A stretch of DNA of 44,810 nucleotides from a virus. Taxonomy: Duplodnaviria; Caudoviricetes. The notes below the pieces were generated by a model. That model did not search any database and was not told where the DNA came from. It was given only the letters and a program-made list of their open reading frames with translations. This document shows positions 38,497 to 44,810 of the stretch, one piece after another. Location of the stretch: positions 1 to 44,810 of the IMG/VR virus record IMGVR_UViG_3300008255_000028; one strand, written 5' to 3'. The position numbers were made by a program, and so were the translations under genes. Positions within the stretch are counted from its first letter, which is position 1. Each line of letters begins with the position of its first letter.

Positions 38497-39822
38497 TTAA
38501 ATAAAAGAGTCAAGCCCTAATTTACTATTGGAAAGCATTAAGGCTTCGACTGTGCTTGTCGCTTCTTCCTTTCGTCGTATCATGCTTAAAAGTCTTGAGT
38601 CGTTTTCTCCTGATGTTAAAAAATAGTGAAGTGTTCTTTTTGTTTGCCCTGATCTTCTTGTCCTTGCCATCGCTTGCTTAATCCCTGCATCATGCCAAAA
38701 CCAACCATGGTACAAACTTATGTGAGCGTTCTGAAGGTTAAGACTTTCGGACCCTGCTCGAAAACTCATTGCGATCACCCTGACTTTACCGTCTTGAAAT
38801 TTTTTCAGGTTGACTGCACGTTCTCCACCTGACTCTGCACCTGTAATAAGTACAACGTCTTTAGGATGCTTATCCCTTAAGTTTCTTAAAGGTTCAACGT
38901 AATTAGAAAAGACGACTAACTGACTTGATCCTGTGGTTAAGAAATCTGCCACCCAATTTAAAAGATAAGGAGTCTTTGCCCTTGATAGCCTTTCAAGCAA
39001 TGCCATATAGGCTTCAGGCTCCTCGATGTTTGCATCTTTTAAAAGAGCATCATCATCAAGCCCTAGATTAATATGAATCTCTTCTTTATCAGGAAGATCA
39101 ATACAATCTTCTGAACGTCTATAATGAGTCAATGGCTTCATGACCTCCATTAGTTTATCTTCATTCGCCACGCCTTCATAAGAAGATCCTGACTGCTCAC
39201 GTCCATATTTCTTTTTCCATGTCTTCGTTTTCTTATTTGTGTAAAGCTTTTTCCAGTTCTCAAAACGCTTAAGATCTAAAACACGTTCCGCACTATCAAC
39301 GATATTAGTCGTCGAGCACAGTGCCCACGTCGTATAAAGTTCGGCTGCACTGTTTGGCATAGGTGTTCCTGTAAGCATGATAAGTTTACCATGTTCAAAT
39401 CTTCCACCTTGAGTACCTAACGCCACTAAGAAATTACAAAGAACTTTTGCCCTGTCGGTTTCCGGTGACTTTAAGTAATGAGATTCGTCGAATATGATCA
39501 TCCTTACGTCAACGTATCTAAGCATATTAGTCGCCTTCGATAGTTGTGAATAGGGATAAACGATCATGTCCTTATAAATGTCAGGCGTCTGTTTATGGCA
39601 CTCAACTTTCCAAGTCGGAACGGCAGATTTAGGCAGAATGATTATAAACTTAGGTGCCATAACGCCTTTCTTTCTTAGGTTCGCTAAGTGTTCTCTTGCA
39701 AGCCACAAAGAAGATAATGATTTTCCAAGACCCATTTCATGCCACAAGAACGTACCGATATAGGGGTTCTTTCTAAAAAACTCCATGGCTTCAGATTGGT
39801 GTTTCCTTGGTTTATAAATCAT
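38497..39822 (-). CDS. SNF2-like SF2 helicase
   Basis: MGLGKS, DESH, LTGTP, SLNLQ and QAMAR..RSGQ motifs. Confidence 0.92.
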   Translation of the reverse strand: MIYKPRKHQSEAMEFFRKNPYIGTFLWHEMGLGKSLSSLWLAREHLANLRKKGVMAPKFIIILPKSAVPTWKVECHKQTPDIYKDMIVYPYSQLSKATNMLRYVDVRMIIFDESHYLKSPETDRAKVLCNFLVALGTQGGRFEHGKLIMLTGTPMPNSAAELYTTWALCSTTNIVDSAERVLDLKRFENWKKLYTNKKTKTWKKKYGREQSGSSYEGVANEDKLMEVMKPLTHYRRSEDCIDLPDKEEIHINLGLDDDALLKDANIEEPEAYMALLERLSRAKTPYLLNWVADFLTTGSSQLVVFSNYVEPLRNLRDKHPKDVVLITGAESGGERAVNLKKFQDGKVRVIAMSFRAGSESLNLQNAHISLYHGWFWHDAGIKQAMARTRRSGQTKRTLHYFLTSGENDSRLLSMIRRKEEATSTVEALMLSNSKLGLDSFI

Positions 39823-40319
39823 TTAATCTTCTCCGACGTGTAGTAAAGAGAGTCGATGTTTTCTCTTGCCCACGCAGCCGCTTGATCCCCCAAGAAATAA
39901 GGAACTGATAGCCTTCGAGTTTTTGTTTTTCTAAAGGGATGGGAGTATCCGCAAGGTTTGTGACAAAATTCGTGGACAGCATTGCCTACCCACATTGGGA
40001 AATCTTTTGCAATAGGTACAAAACGTCTCATATTGATTTCATACCCTTCAGATGTTGTTTGCCCTATTACTGAAGACCATGGGTTTCTTGGTCTAAACGG
40101 AGACACTAAGGCAAAAAGTCTATCGTCCTCATCGTACACTTTTACATTTTGTCTAATAATATTATAAACCTTTTCGCTTGTGTCATCGGTGTAAGCAAAC
40201 TTCTCAACTTTCTTTATGAACTCAAGTTCGTTCAGAAGAAATCTTTCAGCCGCTTTGCACACTCCTGTCATGTACCAATACGTTGTGTTATTAAATCTTT
40301 TACTAAGTGAATAAATCAT
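39819..40319 (-). CDS. Putative zinc metallopeptidase
   Basis: HEFCH...GYSH motif. Confidence 0.6.
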   Translation of the reverse strand: MIYSLSKRFNNTTYWYMTGVCKAAERFLLNELEFIKKVEKFAYTDDTSEKVYNIIRQNVKVYDEDDRLFALVSPFRPRNPWSSVIGQTTSEGYEINMRRFVPIAKDFPMWVGNAVHEFCHKPCGYSHPFRKTKTRRLSVPYFLGDQAAAWARENIDSLYYTSEKIK

Positions 40320-40359
40320 TTCATCTCCTCCCGTATATTTTTTAAATACTCATTAACTC

Positions 40360-40572
40360 TTATGTTTTTATTGCAAAGTTTACAGTATGCTCCGTATCGA
40401 GTGCATATATAATCATGATTGCAAGTTCTTTGCTCTTCTTTTTGTATACCCGAAGTTCTTTTATATACTTTCGTCTCTTGCTGTATCTTTTAATGTCCCT
40501 TAAAAGATCATTAAACCCTCCGAGAATGAGTCCTAGAACAACCGCTAGGCAGCTAACGATTAATTCTTTCAT
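40360..40572 (-). CDS. Small membrane protein
   Basis: N-terminal hydrophobic helix, basic tail. Confidence 0.6.
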   Translation of the reverse strand: MKELIVSCLAVVLGLILGGFNDLLRDIKRYSKRRKYIKELRVYKKKSKELAIMIIYALDTEHTVNFAIKT

Positions 40573-40934
40573 TTCATCTCCTTTATTTTATTTAAAGCCT
40601 CTCTTGCCTTCTCTCCTCCAAGCTCCTCAAAAAACATAAGCGCACCGTCTCGATATTTGTTGGAATTCCAGTTTTGTTCATTGGCATAAAAACCCAACGC
40701 TTCGATCAATAACTTGTTTTGTTCTTTGAGTGTTTCAGTTTTAGCATCTGATTTTTCTTTCTCTCCCTGAATTGCTTTCCAGATAAAAACAGAAATTTCA
40801 TTTATTTTATACTCATCATAACCATACTCTAATTCCATTTCTCGGCATATCTCATCATGGAGCTTTCCACCATACATTTGATTGCCATTTTTTTCTATTT
40901 CTTCTTGTGTATATTCATCTAGCGAGTATTTCAT
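40569..40934 (-). CDS. Hypothetical protein
   Basis: AGGGG SD; EALGFYA...GEKAREAL motif. Confidence 0.75.
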   Translation of the reverse strand: MKYSLDEYTQEEIEKNGNQMYGGKLHDEICREMELEYGYDEYKINEISVFIWKAIQGEKEKSDAKTETLKEQNKLLIEALGFYANEQNWNSNKYRDGALMFFEELGGEKAREALNKIKEMK

Positions 40935-40945
40935 TCTATTCCCCT

Positions 40946-41083
40946 TTAAAAATTATTAACCAACCAGTTTATATCATCAAAAAAACTATAGACTGCATCC
41001 TGAAAAGTATCTGTCGTCAAAAGATACAAATAAAAAACGCCAGTAATTAAATAAAAACCAATGTCGTCAAAAAAATTATTCAT
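40946..41083 (-). CDS. Small hydrophobic peptide, 45 aa (not in the ORF track)
   Basis: ATGA-coupled to the upstream gene; MNNFFDDIGFYLITGVFYLYLLTTDTFQDAVYSFFDDINWLVNNF. Confidence 0.55.
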   Translation of the reverse strand: MNNFFDDIGFYLITGVFYLYLLTTDTFQDAVYSFFDDINWLVNNF

Positions 41084-41904
41084 ACTTTCACCCCAAAAAA
41101 GTTTTTAAAATCTTCATGGCCGTAATGATCTTGGGTAATTTTGATCACATCACTTATTTTCATCTCATTCGGTATCTGTTTTGAGTTAATAAAATCTTTA
41201 ACTCCTTGGCGACAAGCCCCTGTGATGCAGCGATAAGCAAATATTAAATCTTCTTTTGTTTTTACATCGTCGACTTTCCATTCTTTAAATTGACTCAAAT
41301 CTCTTGATTCTGTTTTAAACTTTAAATCTAAAATAGCTTCTGATTCTGTTTCGCCATGAGAGAATATATCGCCTCTTTTTACAACAAAACCTTTTTTAAA
41401 GTTAGTTTCTACTTCAAAAATATCTAAGCCATTTTCATGTTTTTGAGAAATAAGATTAGAATAAATCCCATCCGCATAAACGATTCCACGCCTTAACCAT
41501 TCTTCAAAAGTTGGTGTAATCAAATCTTCATATTCTGTTATTTTTACTTTTTCTCCAAGTTCGATAGGTCTTTTTGCATCTTTAATTTTGTAAATTATTG
41601 AGGCGTTATCAAGAATTTTGTTTAACACTACAAGTGCAGAAAAAACAAAAACGACAGATGTTAAGTAACAGTCGACTCTGCTATTCCCCCGAGCTATGAC
41701 TCTGCTATTTCCCCGAGCTTCGACTCTGCTATTCCCCCGAGCTATGACTCTGCTATTTCCCCGAGCTTCGACTCTGCTATTCCCCCGAGCTAAACCAACT
41801 TGAATCCAAGTATCACTAGGCATTATTTCAATATAAGTAAATTCATCAAACTTTTCTGGTAAGTCGTCTAGCTCTTTCTGTGTTTTAATTACTATTGTTT
41901 TCAT
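41080..41904 (-). CDS. Hypothetical protein with ARGNSRV octapeptide repeats
   Basis: AGGGAG SD; C-terminal HGET...YR.ITGAC..G...YG motif. Confidence 0.85.
   Translation of the reverse strand: MKTIVIKTQKELDDLPEKFDEFTYIEIMPSDTWIQVGLARGNSRVEARGNSRVIARGNSRVEARGNSRVIARGNSRVDCYLTSVVFVFSALVVLNKILDNASIIYKIKDAKRPIELGEKVKITEYEDLITPTFEEWLRRGIVYADGIYSNLISQKHENGLDIFEVETNFKKGFVVKRGDIFSHGETESEAILDLKFKTESRDLSQFKEWKVDDVKTKEDLIFAYRCITGACRQGVKDFINSKQIPNEMKISDVIKITQDHYGHEDFKNFFGVKV
41674..41792 (-). repeat. Coding tandem repeat, 5 x 24 bp (48-bp higher-order unit)
   Basis: Alternating GACTCTGCTATTCCCCCGAGCTAT and GACTCTGCTATTTCCCCGAGCTTC. Confidence 0.95.
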
Positions 41905-42072
41905 TTAAAAATCTCCCTTCAATAATTTTTGTACTTCAGACATTAATGCTAAAATTTTATCCTTAGCCTCTTTTAAATTTTCGCTATATTCGTCATCTCT
42001 TAAATACGCTAAGTTATTGTAAACACTACTTAATTCGCTAAATATTTCATGAAGTCTAATTTTCTTGTTCAT
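41905..42072 (-). CDS. Small helical protein, 55 aa (not in the ORF track)
   Basis: MNKKIRLHEIFSEL...QKLLKGDF; fills the gap between neighbours almost exactly. Confidence 0.7.
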   Translation of the reverse strand: MNKKIRLHEIFSELSSVYNNLAYLRDDEYSENLKEAKDKILALMSEVQKLLKGDF

Positions 42073-42074
42073 AA

Positions 42075-42383
42075 TTAATTACAAACCGTCGTAGGGTAAA
42101 ATGGATTACAGTAGTTTCTAGCTCTTAGTCTTTGCTGATCAATCTGCCACGTCGACATATAATTACATGAGTAAGATCTGGGTAAACTTAAACACCAGCG
42201 ATTCATTTCAGTATCAACGCAGCTTAAAACTGCAATTTCTCTACGGTCACAAGTGTAACCAATACCACTCACATAACGAGTCGTGGTGTCGTATGTTACA
42301 CCACCACTATGGTTCTTTTTAGAATCTTTCCCACAACTAATAAAAGTCGTGGTGATTAATGCTAATAATATTAATTTTCTCAT
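42075..42383 (-). CDS. Cys-rich lipoprotein
   Basis: Signal MRKLILLALITTTFISC; six further Cys. Confidence 0.8.
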   Translation of the reverse strand: MRKLILLALITTTFISCGKDSKKNHSGGVTYDTTTRYVSGIGYTCDRREIAVLSCVDTEMNRWCLSLPRSYSCNYMSTWQIDQQRLRARNYCNPFYPTTVCN

Positions 42384-42584
42384 TTAATTTTCCCCTCTAA
42401 GTTTGTGCCATATTTCTTTAAAATAAGGTGTGTAAAAAGCTAAGTCCCATTCTTCCTCGTTTCTCATAAACTCTAATGATTGGAAGTGTAGAAAGTCCTC
42501 GAATGTGTCGAAGTTCTCAATATTCTGAGAATGTTTAACTTCCCTCATTAAGGCTTTAAGTAGGTGTGCGTCTATTCCGTTCAT
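42384..42584 (-). CDS. Hypothetical protein
   Basis: Coupled ORF in the early operon. Confidence 0.7.
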   Translation of the reverse strand: MNGIDAHLLKALMREVKHSQNIENFDTFEDFLHFQSLEFMRNEEEWDLAFYTPYFKEIWHKLRGEN

Positions 42585-42847
42585 AGTTCTGCCTCGATTT
42601 TTTCTGATATTTCTTTCCCAAAGTTCTTTTCAATATAGAAAAGCATTTGAGTCGTCCATATTTCTCTGAGCTCTTGAAGTTGTCTAGGGCAATTACCTTC
42701 AAGATCCTGAATTTTTAGCATTAGTCTTAGTTTTTCGTGTTGAACGTCAAGCTTGAAATGCTTAGCGATTTCAAGCCTTGCCATAGTGTGAAGATTGAAC
42801 TTAGTGGCATTTCTGATTAAAGGGATTAATATTTCGATGTCATTCAT
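42581..42847 (-). CDS. Hypothetical protein
   Basis: AAGGAG SD; ATGA overlap. Confidence 0.75.
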   Translation of the reverse strand: MNDIEILIPLIRNATKFNLHTMARLEIAKHFKLDVQHEKLRLMLKIQDLEGNCPRQLQELREIWTTQMLFYIEKNFGKEISEKIEAEL

Positions 42848-43404
42848 TTTTTAAGCTCCTTCGATATAAATTTTAACACTTTTTCATAAAGCTCTTTATC
42901 AAGATAAGAAAACTCAATATTATTGTTTTCAGTATAGACTTTAATATATCCACGTTTTCCAACGCTTAAAGATCCGTAAGACGATCCCATGCCAAAACCT
43001 AGCGACCTTAAAAACTCAATACGATTGTTTGTTTTGTTATTAAATTCTCTATGATCATTCACACGCTCTTTAATAATGTCTAGTGCCTTAGTGGCTTCAG
43101 GAGTGAATAGTATGCGTCTTTGAATATCAGAGGCTATTTTGTCTAATGCTTTATCAGGATTAAAACAGATGTCAATCGTCGCCTCTTTGCCGTAGTATAC
43201 GTCTTGATGTCTCACGCCTTCGATGTCATGGGCAGGATGCAATTGAGCAAAGCCTTTATTGCCTCTATATCCAGTAAAGCGTACAAAAAGCCATTGAAAG
43301 TCGTTGACCTTCATACTTAAGCCATATTCAAAATTTCTGTTTTTTATTATTGGAAGATTTAAAAGATCCGAGAGTTTTTTGCCGTCGAGTGTTCGATCAT
43401 TCAT
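42844..43404 (-). CDS. Hypothetical protein
   Basis: AGGAGGT SD; 186 aa. Confidence 0.8.
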   Translation of the reverse strand: MNDRTLDGKKLSDLLNLPIIKNRNFEYGLSMKVNDFQWLFVRFTGYRGNKGFAQLHPAHDIEGVRHQDVYYGKEATIDICFNPDKALDKIASDIQRRILFTPEATKALDIIKERVNDHREFNNKTNNRIEFLRSLGFGMGSSYGSLSVGKRGYIKVYTENNNIEFSYLDKELYEKVLKFISKELKK

Positions 43405-43457
43405 TTTTTACCTCCTATGGTATTAATGATTTTTGCTAAACTACGCTACTAAGAAAA

Positions 43458-43559
43458 TTATTTCTTAGCAACTTTTTTCTTAACTACTTTCTTAGCAACT
43501 TTTTTCTTAGCTACTACTTTCTTAACTGCTTTCTTGGCCGTTTTTTCCATTCCGTACAT
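43458..43559 (-). CDS. Histone H1-like Lys/Ala/Val peptide, 33 aa (not in the ORF track)
   Basis: MYGMEKTAKKAVKKVVAKKKVAKKVVKKKVAKK; AAGGTGG SD. Confidence 0.75.
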   Translation of the reverse strand: MYGMEKTAKKAVKKVVAKKKVAKKVVKKKVAKK

Positions 43560-43600
43560 AATTCCACCTTTTTTAAAGTTAATAACAGAAAATTATAAAA

Positions 43601-43810
43601 TCACTTTCTATTTAATGTTGTCAAGTATCGTTGAGATTCATTTAAAATCTTTCTCATGTCACTTAAATTCATTCTATCTCTTGCACTAAAAAACTTATCG
43701 GTTAAATCATCAGCGATCTTTTCAATCGCAGTACCCTCGACTCTGTTTCTTAATTGTTCGAGCGTTTTTTGTGCCTTAACGTCCACAATATTAAAATAAG
43801 CGTTTTGCAT
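43601..43810 (-). CDS. Hypothetical protein
   Basis: GGAGAGG SD; abuts the upstream stop. Confidence 0.7.
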   Translation of the reverse strand: MQNAYFNIVDVKAQKTLEQLRNRVEGTAIEKIADDLTDKFFSARDRMNLSDMRKILNESQRYLTTLNRK

Positions 43811-44062
43811 TTATGCCTCTCCTAATGAATAAAATTTTACTTGTCCTTTAGCCTTAGCGTTTCCAAGCGTGTAATCGATAGTTAAATCTTTCTCTACAAT
43901 ATTAATGAGAATAATGTCATTTAATTTTATAGGCTTTAAGAGCTTTAAAAACGTGTTGATCTTTTGGGCATTGTAATTTTGCCCTTCGATATTAATCACG
44001 TCTTTTTTCTTAGCTCCTGAGACTTTAGTTATAAGATCTTTAATTTCTATTATATTATTCAT
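43811..44062 (-). CDS. Hypothetical protein
   Basis: GAGGTGG SD; ATGA overlap. Confidence 0.7.
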   Translation of the reverse strand: MNNIIEIKDLITKVSGAKKKDVINIEGQNYNAQKINTFLKLLKPIKLNDIILINIVEKDLTIDYTLGNAKAKGQVKFYSLGEA

Positions 44063-44427
44063 TGTGCCACCTCGATCTCATATTCTTCTATTAAATCTTC
44101 AAGTTCCATGCGGTCCATATTATTTAATGCCTCTAAATAAGCTTCTCGACGTTCATTATCACTCATATAAGACGTATCATCATTAATGTCAGGGTTATTC
44201 ATTTCATACGTTAAGATTTTACTTTTTAAAACGTCCTCATATGTTGGTATTTCTGAAATACACTTTTTACATAAAGTATCGTCAAGACCGTAAGGGTTAG
44301 AACAATGAGCTAGATCAAAATCTGATCCGCATGAAGTGCAAAGAACTTTACCGTAAAATGTAAACTCTTCGATACAATAAATTTTCTTAAGCTCTTTTGT
44401 ATTATTCATCTTTATGATCCTTTTCAA
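44059..44427 (-). CDS. Hypothetical protein with putative zinc finger
   Basis: CTSC...CKKC; the true start may be the second Met (44409, after AAGGA). Confidence 0.7.
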   Translation of the reverse strand: MKRIIKMNNTKELKKIYCIEEFTFYGKVLCTSCGSDFDLAHCSNPYGLDDTLCKKCISEIPTYEDVLKSKILTYEMNNPDINDDTSYMSDNERREAYLEALNNMDRMELEDLIEEYEIEVAQ

Positions 44428-44687
44428 ATTGTTTTATAAATGTCTCAAGTTGTTCGATTTCATCATCCGTTGATATTTCACTAGCAAAAGTCTCTATACC
44501 CTCAACGTCTTTAAGATGGTCTAATACAGAGAAATGGTTAACATAGTGCCCATAATAGTCTAATGTTATAACGTCGTTAAATTCGCCAAGCTTTAACTGG
44601 TGTAAGTGGATAACAGCTAAAATATAAATATCTGTCATCCAAGATTCATACTTTTCAATGATTGGATTACTTGACCCATGATCATAA
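44402..44687 (-). CDS. C-terminal part of the junction-spanning 233-aa ORF
   Basis: Continues from 416..1 as VYDHGSSNPIIEKYESWMTDIYILAV... Confidence 0.85.
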
Positions 44688-44810
44688 ACAAAATAAGCCT
44701 TTCTATCGCTTCGATTTATCGTGATTGGGTTACCATAGCAAACTTGCGCTATGTTTGTTTTATGATCAATATTTAAATAGGGACATCTTTCTTCTAAATA
44801 CTCTTTAATA
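44688..44810. repeat. Terminal direct repeat, right copy
   Basis: Identical to 1-123. Confidence 0.97.

Noticed and set aside
41674-41792. Mini CRISPR array
   Set aside because: The repeats are contiguous with no spacers and lie in frame within a gene.
44688-44810. Biological direct terminal repeat of T7 type
   Set aside because: It falls mid-gene and looks like an assembler overlap; reads are needed to exclude it fully.
1-44810. Host assignment (impression of a Bdellovibrionota-like diderm)
   Set aside because: Based only on protein style; needs homology or spacer matching.

Overview
This looks like a complete, circularly assembled dsDNA phage genome of about 44,687 bp. A 123-bp direct repeat sits at both ends and one ORF reads through the junction. 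The organisation resembles BPP-1-like podoviruses. The + arm (2256-30796) carries terminases, portal, scaffold, capsid, tail tubes, ejection proteins (one of 2239 aa), fibres, a head-spike pair and lysis genes. The - arm carries early genes and replication genes (SNF2 helicase, DUF2800 nuclease, DUF2815 SSB, PolA, HTH protein, resolvase, primase-helicase). I recognised no integrase, RNA polymerase, reverse transcriptase, tRNA or CRISPR array. The most striking observation is that nine unrelated proteins, including 6 of the 9 replication-module genes, end in FI or a close variant (FL, LI), seven of them as [LIV]-x-x-[FL]-[IL]. This suggests an undescribed docking or degradation tag system. Also notable are a divergent CsrA-like protein with a repeated CCATAGGAGG leader, a symmetric motif array upstream of terS, an unannotated H1-like peptide and structured intergenic elements. 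All family assignments come from motif recognition by eye, not from database searches.
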